From Stylophora pistillata (taxonomy: Eukaryota), in the NCBI RefSeq assembly GCF_002571385.2, contig NW_019218411.1, positions 81,750-145,749 of the forward strand: a DNA stretch of 64,000 nucleotides, given 5' to 3'. Of the stretch, positions 1 to 11,431 are shown piece by piece. The number at the start of each line of letters is the position of its first letter. Positions within the stretch are counted from its first letter, which is position 1. Made by a program: the position numbers and the translations under genes. The notes beneath the pieces were generated by a model, which saw only the letters and a program-made list of their open reading frames with translations, searched no databases and was not told the origin of the DNA.

Positions 1-1020
1 AGCTGTGTCATCGCATCTCCTATAGTTCCAAGAGAGGTTAATATCATTGTACACTTTCTGACGTTCTTCACGTCTTTGACTGGAAACACCCTCCTCATCA
101 TTGCATATCTGAGAATGAACGAAGCGATACTGCTGCTCATTGCCAACATGGCTGCATCTGATCTTCTCTTAGCGCTGGTTCTTTTTCCTAGATGGATCAT
201 AATAGAAGTAACTGAGTCCTCCGAATTCCTCGTTCGCGGTAGTGGAGGCGCTTTTCTTTGTAAGATCTGCACTGTTCTAAGCGACGCATCATTGTCAGTG
301 TCAACCCAAAGTTTAATCTTGATCGCAGTCGAGCGGTTATTGGCACTGATAGCTCCTGTGCTGTATAGGAGGATAACCAATAAAAAAAGAAGAATTCTCG
401 TCATCTGCACTTGGATTGTGGCTATACTACTTCACTTGCCCTATTTCTATGTAATGCAACTGGTTTTAGTCCCTCACAAAGGTACCTTCATCCAAGTTTG
501 TGACCACGACTGGCAAACATTGTTTGAGGACAAAACAGCACATGTTCGTTATAGCATTTTTTTATTTACAACAGTTTTAGTTATACCTATTCTTATAATT
601 TGTGTCCTTTATGCTGTTATTATTATCACCCAACGAAATGACAAAATGGACACCAGTCGAAGTGAAAAGTCCGCAAGACGAAGGGAACAACGCGTCAAGA
701 AATTACAAAGGATGGCTGTAGCCACAGTAACTGCACTCTTTTTATGCTGGCCGCTTTACGTTATGATCGTTTTACACAGAATTGTCTCTCCGGAAACTGT
801 TCCTAAATGTAGTAAATTTTACAAGGTGGTGGATCACATTTCTCACATGATAGCGAGCTGTTATTGTGCAGTTAACCCTTGCCTTTGTTTCATTTTTATA
901 AAAAATTTTTCGCGTCAGCTTAGTTTTTTGTGTAAACGAAAATCTAATCGACAGCCGCTCGTAAAAAAAGTAATCGTACGAATGTCAGAAGGAGAGAATC
1001 TAGTTCTCTCAGCTTTCTGA
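1..1020 (+). CDS. Intronless class A (rhodopsin-family) GPCR, peptide-receptor-like; 5' end lies upstream of the window
   Basis: Frame is open from base 1 (SCVIASPIVPREVNIIVHFLTFFTSLTGNT...). Seven hydrophobic segments with TM1 GN, TM2 NMAASDLL, CKIC at the start of TM3, AVERL (DRY site), TM4 W, TM6 CWP and TM7 NPCLC. TGA at 1018-1020. Confidence 0.9.
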   Translation, partial: SCVIASPIVPREVNIIVHFLTFFTSLTGNTLLIIAYLRMNEAILLLIANMAASDLLLALVLFPRWIIIEVTESSEFLVRGSGGAFLCKICTVLSDASLSVSTQSLILIAVERLLALIAPVLYRRITNKKRRILVICTWIVAILLHLPYFYVMQLVLVPHKGTFIQVCDHDWQTLFEDKTAHVRYSIFLFTTVLVIPILIICVLYAVIIITQRNDKMDTSRSEKSARRREQRVKKLQRMAVATVTALFLCWPLYVMIVLHRIVSPETVPKCSKFYKVVDHISHMIASCYCAVNPCLCFIFIKNFSRQLSFLCKRKSNRQPLVKKVIVRMSEGENLVLSAF

Positions 1021-1513
1021 CGAGTTTCAGATTAAACAAGTAATCATTATTGACAGCTCTGTTAAAATAAACTGAGACGTGATATAAAAGAAGGAAAAAA
1101 AACAGAAGTTGAAACATAAATTTAATTATGCTTGAATTACGGATCACCTTAGGGTAAAGCGACTATTGTTTCTGAGTTGCCATTCAAACTCTCCCTTTGT
1201 TATCTTACTTGATGCAGCAAAACACTGGAACATGAAACTAATTTATTTGCAGAGGAAATGTTTCCCACAAAAAAGATCATGATATATCAATAAAATTCCA
1301 GTCAAAGAGGCCCCCTTGAATGCAGCAGTGTTAATAGAAAGATGTTTAGTCAACATTTAAGTCGGAGACATATATGGGGCGTTAATTTCCTAGCGGTTAT
1401 AGTCTTGATTCTGTTGCTTCAAAACGAGTACGTTAAAAGTACTCAGTGTCCTGTAGATATGAAATTAACTTCCGTTACCGGTCAGGTTTCAAACATTCTG
1501 TTTCAAACATTCT

Positions 1514-1554
1514 GATACAATGAAATATACGAACTTCATATATTTCATTGTATC
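1514..1554. repeat. Perfect 16-bp inverted repeat with 9-nt loop
   Basis: GATACAATGAAATATA (1514-1529) / TATATTTCATTGTATC (1539-1554), directly after a 14-bp tandem duplication GTTTCAAACATTCT x2. Confidence 0.85.
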
Positions 1555-2110
1555 TCATTCTCGTTTGAAGAGTGGCCTTTCGCTCAGCAGATGGTTACCA
1601 AGTTAATTCCTCTTATTCGAAATACGAGTGAGAAGATAAACTTCCGGCAAGGTGAGATAACCAGCGCAGCTTAGGCTTTTGATATCATTTAATTTCCTCC
1701 AGCCATTTGTCTGAGGTACACCCCTTAATTTGCATCCATGTACCGCGATAAAGTCCACTAGGATACTAGATTAAATAGCACAGATCATAAATGGCATAAC
1801 TTATCAAGTATGAAAATGGTTTTGGTCTTTGAACGTTGAATTCAGTGTTCCAGAAGCCAAGTTGCAAGGTTTTGTCATGTAAGATCTGATTGAGTCGATT
1901 TTGGAGCAAACGATTTCGAAATGTCTGACATAAATGCTTTCTGCTTGTATTTTTTGGCAGGATAGTTTCGTCCTTTATTACGTACGGAGTGGAATGGCTT
2001 TGTTTGCATAACATTTTGGCCTGAAACTCATTGTACATTAAACCAAAATTATATCATAACTAAAGTAAAGCGCGCGCTCTGATTGGTCAATTTAGCGTCC
2101 CCCATTTGCC

Positions 2111-2271
2111 NNNNNNNNNNNNNNNNNNNNNNNNNNNNNNNNNNNNNNNNNNNNNNNNNNNNNNNNNNNNNNNNNNNNNNNNNNNNNNNNNNNNNNNNNN
2201 NNNNNNNNNNNNNNNNNNNNNNNNNNNNNNNNNNNNNNNNNNNNNNNNNNNNNNNNNNNNNNNNNNNNNNN
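2111..2271. other. Assembly gap (N run)
   Basis: 161 Ns abutting the 5' side of the CR1 LINE. Confidence 0.99.
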
Positions 2272-3560
2272 NTTTAATGACTGGGCGAAATCACGAAATC
2301 TCTCCACTCCTACCGACGTCATCTTTCTCGATCTTGCTAAAGCCTTTGACAGTGTCCCTCACGAGCGGCTGCTTTTAAAATTAAAAAGTAATGGCATCGA
2401 CGGTTGTCTGCTTAACTGGCTCAGACATTTTCTGGTTGGTCGCAAACAACGTGTAGTTATCAGGGGATCTTGTTCTGATTGGTCGTATGTAACCTCCGGC
2501 ACTCCACAGGGGACCATCCTTGGGCCTTTATTGTTTTTGCTGTATATTAATGACATAACAGAATGTGTATCGTCCACAATCAAATTATATGCAGACGATA
2601 CGAAGATCTATAGAGAGATAATTGACCCGATCACAGATTGTCAGCGTCTTCAGGAAGATCTTACCAATATTGGCGAATGGGCTTGTAAATGGCAATTACG
2701 TTTTAACGCGGATAAATGTCAATCTATGCGAATTACACATTCACGTGATAAGTCAGTGACCAATTATTTCTTTGGACAGCCCTTGAAAGACGTAGATAAA
2801 TTTAAAGATCTCGGTGTTATAATAACTAAGGACCTCTCATGGAGTAACCACATTGGTATAACTGTGAACAAAGCGAATAAAGTCCTAGGTTCTATTAAAC
2901 GCTCGATAGGCACCGCTAATGCAAATATTTTTTCTATGCTCTACAAATCTCTTGTACGGCCAATTTTGGAATATGTGGTACCTGTCTGGTGTCCTTACCT
3001 CGTCAAGGACATCCATGCTCTTGAGAATGTACAGCGAAGAGCTTCAAGACTTGCTTTAAATCAACGCAAAGGAGACATGTCCTACGAAGACCGATGCAAA
3101 TTGCTAAAATGGCCTACTCTTTCCGACCGTAGAACTTATCTATCTTTAATTGAGTGTTATAAAATTGTTTTTGGTTTTTACCATTTAGATTTTGGAACCT
3201 TTTTTGATTTTGCCACAACTAGATGTACGAGAGCAAATCATCAGTACAAACTTTACGTCAAACCAGCAAGACTTAATTGTTATAAACATTCGTTCTTCAT
3301 TAGGATTGTTAAATTATGGAATGAATTACCAAGAAACATAGTGGAAGCTGATAATCTTCAGCATTTTAAATCTCAGCTTAAATTGTATTTAAATATTTAA
3401 TTATAACTAAGTATTTTATTTTCATTTAGACTTATTTTTTAGGGAGTTTTCACATAGGGATAACCTCTTAACTTCCTTTTCTGGAAGCATATTTTCCATT
3501 TCCTCTTAGTGTATACATAGTCTGCTTCTGGAATAAATAAAGTATGTATGTATGTATGTA
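2272..3560 (+). mobile_element. CR1-clade non-LTR retrotransposon, 3' part (RT ORF 2273-3400 uninterrupted, 3' UTR, microsatellite tail)
   Basis: Open frame with FLDLAKAFDSVPH, GTPQGTILGPLLFLLYIND, YADD, KDLGV, LVRPILEY, LENVQRRA and FFIRIVKLWNELP; ends in AATAAATAAAG(TATG)n at ~3532-3560. Confidence 0.92.
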
Positions 3561-4021
3561 CCCGTTGCAACTAAGATCTTAATTATAATCAGTCTTGAAC
3601 TGAATATATAACGACCACTCTTTTGTCAAACTGCTACTTCCTGTCGACTTTTGAAAGGATCAGTGAGTATATTTCTGATCATAGCCTTTATGGGAGGGGG
3701 GCGGGAGATCGCGTAGATGTTATGGTGACACAGCCAAAATCATCAATTAATCCCCCCCCCTTAAATAATGACTGGACTCTTGTTCTTGCAAAGGCGCCTT
3801 CCTTTGTTGCCCATCCTACTTGTCGGAATGTATTAGATGATTCAAACTAAACACTTTTGATTAAATTACCAAATCCTTTGGCGTTGCAGTTTGGGCTGGA
3901 AAAGAACATTACTGTACATTCTTGATTGTATTACTTTTGCTCATCATTTATTTGATTTTCGAAGATTACACCCCCAATCTTTTTCTGATTTATATTCTCT
4001 GGCGTCATGTTAGATTCATTA

Positions 4022-4387
4022 GGGAGCTTTAGCAACGACGACGGCGACGGCAACGAAAACGTCGTGTCGAAATCTAACTTTTCGTTCTTGTAACTCTATC
4101 GAGGTTATTCCGATGTGTTTAACTTGGAAAATGCTGGCGAACTATTCAGGGACTATATCACTAAGAACAGCGTTAAAGTAAGGAGAAAGAAAGAAAAATT
4201 AACCGTCATGCACTCACGTTCTCGAGAAAACCTAAATTTTTTTTATTTCACGTTGTTGTTTTGCCGAGAACTGCAAAGAAATGTACCAAAATGTTAAACG
4301 CACGTGCAGGGCGATTGTTTTTGCTCATTAAGCCTATTGTTTTCTGCCGTTCTCGTTACCGTCGCCGTCGTCGTTGCTAAAGCTCTC
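4022..4387. mobile_element. MITE (non-autonomous DNA transposon) with ~40-bp TIRs, flanked by TA
   Basis: GGGAGCTTTAGCAACGACGACGGCGACGG... / ...CCGTCGCCGTCGTCGTTGCTAAAGCTCTC; TA at 4020-4021 and 4388-4389; related element at 60819-61183. Confidence 0.85.
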
Positions 4388-4783
4388 TATTGTTTTGACA
4401 GATTTTAAGTACAAAACAATTTCTCAGGACCACCAGTATATCAACAGTTGTTACCGATGCTCAACCGAAATTCGACTAGTGCTAAGTATCCCGCTTCGGT
4501 TATCAGTCAAGATCATAAAACCGTGATAGATTATGGAAAATCGACAACCCTCACTCACACTTCTGTGAGCGTGCCCACAACATCGGCTACCTTATACTTT
4601 AGAGTGAAGTAAAGTTTATTGATGGTGATACGTGTATCATTACAAGCAGTAGATGAACGAGGTAACTCTTAAGGAAGGAGAGCAGTTATGAAGTATACTT
4701 TTTCTTCATCTTAATGTTTCCTGTTTCTAAAAAAATTAAAATTGTAAGCTACCATAATTGAGATTACTGTGCTTCCTGTTCAT

Positions 4784-7002
4784 TTAAACATATGTTCCTC
4801 CCTTCTCACTCTCGGACTGCATCACCTTTAGTATTCGTTGGACTAACAGTCGTGCAATGTCGTTATGATCTGAATCCTTTGCTGGTTGGCCTTGCTCCGA
4901 CGCGGCAGCTCCTTCAGATTGGTCATCGTCAGGTGTTACACTAACTGCATCGTCAACTTCCTTTCCACCAGACTTCGGATCTTTAACTCTTTCTTTTCCC
5001 ACTGGTTTCTCCAGAGAGATTGAAATATTTTGGTCTTTTGTAGTACTCAATATGGCCTTACCATCAGGGAAATCGGATGGAAAATCTACAGCAAAATCAC
5101 GTTGTTTAAACTTTAGTGCAACGCAAAGATCGTGGGTGTCTTTGTCTCTACTTGTGCCAGTTATTTCAAACTTTTCCTGGAGAGCGCCATAGATCTTCCC
5201 AAAAAGTTCCATGCCTTCTTTCATTGAGTACCACTGTTCTCCCTTTGTTTCTGCTTGTTGCGATGAAGTTGAAGTCCAGTGTATCTCGCCTTTCACCGGT
5301 TCACTGTAATATTTCTTCTGATCCTTTTTATTGAAAGGATTACGAAGGCGGAAAGCACTGTCCCCCTTCAGTACCTCTGTAGAAATAAATTACGATGATT
5401 TTAGTACAATAAATGAAAGATATATGTGTTATTGACCAAGCGTGAGGTCAAAATGGCTGCGCGGATATTGGCCAGGTTCATTGTTGAAAGAACGAGGTTA
5501 ATATCCAGCCATCTGATACTGATTTAATATTTAATTTCTGTTTCTTGTATATGAATCTTTTGTTGAGCCGAATTTTATTTTAGATGTTTTAGCGTCCACA
5601 CACTACCCGCCGAGACTAGCTCTGCTATTTGTGGGTAGTGCGTCATTATGCTAAGTGTCATGTCATGTCTGATTACAATAAAATACAAAATACATCTCGC
5701 CCGAACAAGCTTGGTCAATAAAGTATTTATACGGCAAAAAAATTTCGCTTTAATATGAATCAAGACTTATTTATTTCGAGACCCGCCTTTGTAAACACCC
5801 ATGAAAAGGTTTATACGCAGCAAAACCTTCATTTGCGTTTAAAATTCTCACCATGATGATTTCATTTCTTTCTTCCCGATATGTACTCGTCTTTCAATCA
5901 TGGCTTTGACAGGGAAGAGAGTGTGTTGCGTGACGAGACCAAACAGCGGCTGTGAAGGAGATAATCTATTATCTTAACACACTACTCAGCAGTGTGTTGT
6001 AACCAATAATTTCTTCGACTGGCGAGTGGGCAGCTAATCTTGCAAAGTTTCCTATAACTCGGCAAGGTCCTAATCATTAAACGTCGTGATAACGACGACG
6101 CGTTTCTGCGTCGATACATGATAAAAATATTAGTGAATACTCTAACGGTGACTGCCTGGAAAAAAAAAATAGATATCTAAGGTTTTTACCGAGTATTCCC
6201 TTCAATGAGGTTTCCTTTTCGATGACACGAATTGGCTTCACGTCCAGTGTTTCATTGTCTAGACCAACCTTCATATAAACAAAGCAGGGCTTTTCTTTAT
6301 CCAGTTGATCCCCTAAAACAGAATATATGGATCATTAACCAAACAAAATGAGACCTAACAGTGAACTTTGCACTACCCGCAGAACAACATATGTGACTAT
6401 ACAGCTATTCCTCTAGGCTCATGGCTAACTCAGTGTGACGGACAAGACATCCTTTATTCTTATATTTCTAACATGAAATTTTTATTTTAAATAGAGGGAA
6501 GGGGTGAGTGAGAATTCTATTTCGTTTGCCCCTAAATCTGGGAAACTGATTCTATCAGCCTCACAACGTTTAGATTTCACGATCGTACGGTCAAAAATTC
6601 ATCTGCTTGTATAGGTTTTAAAAATATTCAGCATGGCGAATTACCCTCCCCAAAAATTGAATCAAAAGCGAAACAAACCGAACGGAAGTGGTACTTGTAA
6701 TTGTCTTTGGCGCTTAATGTACAGCGAACACTGTCAATCCCCCAATAAGAAACTGAATTTCGTTTCTTACCGCCAGATTCTTCTGTGCTCCAAATCCCAA
6801 CTCGTCGAAGAGCATGTTCTTCGAACAACTCTTCTATATCTTCACGTTTCAAGTCCTTAAGACTACCAGTGATATACTGCACGACTGGCTGATTGGAATG
6901 AGTCCACAGACCAAACATGTGTCCTCTTACAGACTTTTTATTCGCGATTTGTCGCTTAATCTGCTTCAGTTCACCCTCGTGGATTGTGACTGTCAGGCTC
7001 AT
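4784..7002 (-). CDS. 3-exon gene (~315 aa): degenerate prokaryote-type JAB/MPN domain fused to a truncated E2/UBC(RWD)-like domain. Exons 7002-6771, 6312-6190, 5376-4784
   Basis: ATG at 7002; GTAAG and GTAAA donors, TAG and CAG acceptors; both introns phase 1, joining three ORF-track fragments into one 948-nt frame. N-terminus LTVTIHEGEL...GHMFGLWTHSNQPVVQYITG...LRRVGIWS...EVLKGDSAFR matches the GGDLFGLWT...PVxxxxxGPG...HIGEWHSH...VLPGxSPFR pattern recalled for this JAB family. C-terminus has QWYS...LQEKF...FAVDFPSDFP. AATAAA on the minus strand at 4615-4620. Confidence 0.8.
5429..5721. repeat. Dispersed non-autonomous repeat with 13-bp inverted ends, in intron 2 of the JAB-E2 gene
   Basis: TTATTGACCAAGC (5429-5441) / GCTTGGTCAATAA (5709-5721). 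Confidence 0.6.
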
Positions 7003-7082
7003 CTTAACTCGTACTGTCAACCGAAAAAAGCAGTAAATAGACCGCAATAACTAAGCAGCGCGGGGAAAGCAGAGCAAAATGA

Positions 7083-8019
7083 TTTTCACTTTTATTATAA
7101 TAAACCTTTTCATGGGCCGTAAACAACAATTCTAAGAAACGGTTACGTCATGTGATCCGCTGAGCCTACCGGTTTTTCCCGGAAATGTTTACATGCTAGG
7201 ATATTCAGATTTTTGTTAAAGCGAATTTACGGAACGAGAGACAAAAGCTTGCATGACAAAGAAAAGTTACAGAAGAACTAGGATGAAAAACCGAAGCAAT
7301 CATTCACCGTGTCTAAATCCTATTTCTTTAGCCTGTCGAATCAAATCTTCGACGGAGCTTTATGAAAATCGCGAAAATTCGATCGGCTATTGCGAGGTTA
7401 AAAAATAAGACTGCGTCTAATTTATAGGAAAAGTGTGAGCTATTTCGGTTTCCAAATACAGTCACGACTGCAAGAAAAAAAAAAAAACTTTGATTTATGT
7501 AGAAAATAAAACCTAAAAACTTCGCTTTCTTTCGGATCAATCAGTTGATCCCGAAGTGTGTAGGATTATTCCATTATCTCGAAAGAAATTGTTATGGCGA
7601 ATCATGTTTTTGCCGATTTAAATTTTGCTGCACTCCTGTCTTTGTAACCCGCGTAAACGAAATGTTTTGGATTCTAGGAAAAAGGCCTGAAGAAGTACGC
7701 ATTTAACATGGCAGTCGTAATTACGAGCGACAAACACTCATCAATTCTGCCATACAACCAAATTTTTCGATGTGTCCTGTTGAAATTAAGGAGCAATAAA
7801 AATAACATAGATCCCATGATTTTTTTAAGCATGCAACATTTCTCTCGGCGCTATGAAGACATGACGTTTAAATTTTTGAATGGAAGAAAGGAATTAATTA
7901 ATAAATATAGTTTGCATACATGAAAAAAAACAAAGACAGACAAAATTATGTAACCTTATATGGCAATGCAGTCTTGCTTAAAGTGGGCATGACGTTATGA
8001 CTTTTCGTGGAAAATGAAA
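7083..8019. promoter_or_regulatory. Divergent promoter region with STAT (GAS) and IRF-like motifs at both ends
   Basis: Minus-strand AAAAGTGAAAA 7083-7093; TTCTAAGAA 7130-7138; TTACGTCA 7143-7150; TTTCCCGGAAA 7175-7185; TTCTAGGAA 7672-7680; TTCGTGGAA 8004-8012 overlapping GAAAATGAAA 8010-8019. Confidence 0.6.
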
Positions 8020-8200
8020 TAAAATTGCTGGTAGCATTCTATTCCCTCAAATTGATTCTTTGCGCATGTGCACGTCATCAATATTTCAAAACAATGTATC
8101 AATGTTAACAACTATAACTCTCCAGTCATTTAAACTGAAGGACCATTGCTGTGCACACCCTATCTCGAAAAAACAGCTAAAAAACAAACAGCTTTAAGTG

Positions 8201-8650
8201 ATGCCCTGGTCACAGGCCCAGAAACAGAGGCTCGGCTACGAGAAAACGGTTTTGGAGAACTATTTTCGCGACAGAGTGACATGGATTAGTCCCAGAGATC
8301 AAACGAAAGTGGAAGTTCGAGCCACATGCACCAACAATAGACAGTACACGTTGAGGATTTATCTGCCCTCTGATTTCCCCAATTCCTGTCCCAAAATGGT
8401 TGTCAAGGCATCGTCTCGACTGAGGGCGCGTAACGGAGATCTTTTAGAGCAGTATCCAGGTGACAACCATATCGGACAAACCGTAGAAGGCTACACAGGT
8501 ATCTGCCATTTTAGGCCAAATCGGTGGAGGAGCGAAAACACTTTGTACCAGGTGACCATGAAAGGTCTGATATGGCTGGAAGCTTATGAAGCGCATCTTC
8601 GCACAGGCCAACCCTTGAGCCAATTTTTGGTCACGATGCCAGATCGTTAA
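8201..8650 (+). CDS. Non-canonical E2/UBC-fold protein, copy 1 (149 aa, intronless)
   Basis: N-terminal helix QRLGYEK, YTLRIYLPSDFPNSCPKM (E2 beta3-PxxY/FPxxPP), NH...GICHF with putative catalytic Cys102 (8504-8506), W, TLYQV and C-terminal KGLIWLEAYEAHLRTG; conserved in two neighbouring paralogs. Confidence 0.85.
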   Translation: MPWSQAQKQRLGYEKTVLENYFRDRVTWISPRDQTKVEVRATCTNNRQYTLRIYLPSDFPNSCPKMVVKASSRLRARNGDLLEQYPGDNHIGQTVEGYTGICHFRPNRWRSENTLYQVTMKGLIWLEAYEAHLRTGQPLSQFLVTMPDR

Positions 8651-10380
8651 AAAACCAATTGTGGTTGGTGTTAGACAGAACGATTTGAGAGTTGTAAAAC
8701 CACACTGATTATAGAATTTATAGAGAAGCATAGCTTGCATTCATGCGATCGAGATTACTGAATTACAATTTTCCGATAGCGGGGTGTAGTATGAATGTAC
8801 GAGTGAGAATCCTGGTTATGGTTGTAAATAAATTACATAAATAAGGAGTTCCAGCGATGTCATTTGTTTTTCGTTCGATTATGAAAACAGTTAGGTATAC
8901 AAGGCTCTCTCTCAGTCCCAGGTAAATGAGCAGAAGAGCGATACAACCTCGTTCCCAGGGTCTCTCATCCTCCCGCCCCGAGGTCGAAGAGCGATGATAT
9001 TCAATTTAGAATTTACCAATGTTAGATGCTTATCTTAAAATCAGCATCCACTATACGAAACAACAAAAGCGACAACCAAATTGGCTTATAATTCAAAATT
9101 GTGTTTCTAGCTACGGTTTTTCTGTAAATTCATCCAGAAGTATTGAATAGCAAAATTCTTGGAAACCAGTGTAACTGATGGATGCAATACAATATTTCTG
9201 AGATAGAGTTTTTCTAAAAGTCTAATGCTGAACAGTGTTTATGTAAGTGCATTTGTCTGGTGTTGTGGTAGATCTTATTGGGAAATACCAATAACCACAT
9301 GGTGTAACTCCTTTCTTCTATGTGGCAGAAGCGATAAGAAAGCGTAACTAAATGGTTATGGCGTTCATTAGCAGCAAAAAATTCGGGAAGTTTGCACACA
9401 CGCATCTGTATTCCGCTTCGAAGAAATGATAAACTTATCTCCTCGGGTTACTTTGATTTTTCAGTCTTTTCTCAAAGAGTTATAATTTCTTAGGCGTAAA
9501 ATTCTCTAGGCTTCGAAGTCGCAAGTAAATAAAGGCAATTTGCAGCGAAAATTGGGCAACCAAGCTTTCCTTACACTCCACTGATGTAACGAGTTTTCAA
9601 GGTAAACTGAAATCTTGTTCGATTCTAAGAAAAACTCAAAAATTGTAAAATTAAATTTTGAGTCAAACTACCGGTATTTCCGAGAAACCTGTTTTTTTCA
9701 AGGGCATACGATATTTCTTTCACATTTTCAAGGATCTTTAATTTCCTTAAACTATTTCATACTTCCCTCTTTCTTTTAGTTACTGGCTAGTTTTACAAGA
9801 GTTCTGGGTCCAGTCCAGTATATACCATCTGCCCCAGCTCATTGCAAAGTCCTCATTTTCTCGCACTCCGACGTAGCTCTTGGGCATGAAAAACTTGTAG
9901 GTGAGACAAGGGTCTTGACCGCATAACAATTGATAGGTTAGAAACATTTTAGCTTAACTTCCGGAAGCCCGCTGTTGTTATTATCCTTTGTTTATCATAC
10001 CTTTGAGTTATGAGGCGCATTGTACATGTTCTCTTTAATCACCGTTCGATACAATGTAATTCTAAAATATGATAGATATTACGTTAGGAAAAAAAGTTGA
10101 AAAATTTTCTTTTCATATTCCTTATCCTTTCTTCTTTTAATATGGAGATGTTGCTCTTGTAGAAAGGCTCGACGAAGGGTCGGAATCAGCACGCGCAACT
10201 CAAGAACTGTTCATGGTCCAAATCAAGGCAGAATTCGTGCCCATATAATTTGTGCTTTAAAATTTTAAAATAGTCAGCTTTATTTTCCATTGAAATCAGA
10301 TGCAGAAAGAAAATAAATTACCTGCTGCAAAGAGTACCGGCCAGTCATGCATAAAAGGCTGTTGTGTTAAAAATAAAGTT

Positions 10381-10523
10381 TTCCACGAAAAACGCCTATC
10401 GGTTATTTACTTTTCATCTTCCTGAATTTCAAGGAACTAAGCAATGCTATCTGCGCATGCTCCAGTTTTCCGGGAAATCTGAAATGTGATGAGACAGTAG
10501 AAACAAAGCGGTTCGAATATAAA
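10381..10523 (+). promoter_or_regulatory. Promoter of E2-like copy 2: three GAS-type sites, ISRE-like site, TATA
   Basis: TTCCACGAA 10381-10389; TTCAAGGAA 10428-10436; TTCCGGGAA 10468-10476 overlapping GAAATCTGAAA 10474-10484; TATAAA 10518-10523. Confidence 0.6.
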
Positions 10524-10617
10524 GTTTCGCAACCGTTCACTGGCTCTGTATTCAGCGAGTGTTCCACGTTTGAAACTTCATGCAGGTAAACCGAAGTCGC
10601 CTTTTTTTTTCTTTAAA

Positions 10618-11061
10618 ATGCCATGGTCCGCAACTCAACGACAAAGGCTTGCATTTGAGAAAAATATTCTCGAGAAGTACTTCGGTACCAGAGTTTCATG
10701 GATTGATCCAACTCGCAATACAAGGGTTGAAGTAAGAGTGACAACCACCAGTGATAAACAGTATACACTCAGAGTGTATATTCCAACAGATTTTCCGAAT
10801 TCAGTTCCGCAGATGATTGTCAGTAACCCTTCGTCTTGTCTGAGAATGAAAAACGGTTCATCCATGAGCGGTAGGGATGGGCAAAACCACACTTTGAGCA
10901 GCATAGATGGCTGCACCCAGATCTGCCATTTTAACTCGTCCTTGTGGAAAGATAACAACACGTTGTACCAAGTGGTCATGAAAGGGCTTATATGGCTGGA
11001 AGGGTACGAAGCACATCATCGCACTGGGCAACCTCTGAGTAAATACTTGCAAGAGATGTAA
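10618..11061 (+). CDS. Non-canonical E2/UBC-fold protein, copy 2 (147 aa, intronless)
   Basis: ATG in AAAATG context aligns with the MPWS start of the paralogs; YTLRVYIPTDFPNSVP; NHTLSSIDGCTQICHF (Cys103 at 10924-10926); KGLIWLEGYEAH. Confidence 0.85.
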   Translation: MPWSATQRQRLAFEKNILEKYFGTRVSWIDPTRNTRVEVRVTTTSDKQYTLRVYIPTDFPNSVPQMIVSNPSSCLRMKNGSSMSGRDGQNHTLSSIDGCTQICHFNSSLWKDNNTLYQVVMKGLIWLEGYEAHHRTGQPLSKYLQEM

Positions 11062-11431
11062 ACAAATTGGCTGAGGACAGGAAAGGAATTGTTCATCAAG
11101 ACACACACGTATGTGTCAGTAACATTAATTCATACATTTATTTGATAAGATATTCAAAAAAAGCTAATTTAGCATTTCAGTCAAAATATATACTTCATCC
11201 AGTCCTAAATCTAAGTCATAATCAATAACCCAAACCGAAGGATCAAGGTTTAGGCACAAGTAAGAAGTCACATTGCTAAAACTTGACCTATTATACCTTT
11301 GAAACTCAGATTATTACTCGGGCTTTCCGAAGGAAAAGCCCGAAGTATAAATTCGGCTGTGTTTTTATTTAATTTTTGCGTTCAGTCACAAAACGTAGTT
11401 CCACTACAGCGCATGCGTACAATGTAAGCGC

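Noticed and set aside
2083-2378. ORFs made of X runs
   Set aside because: Artefacts of the N gap.
8444-11106. Minus-strand ORFs 8444-8740, 10635-10979 and 10858-11106
   Set aside because: Antisense shadows of the E2-like genes; not conserved across the three paralogs.
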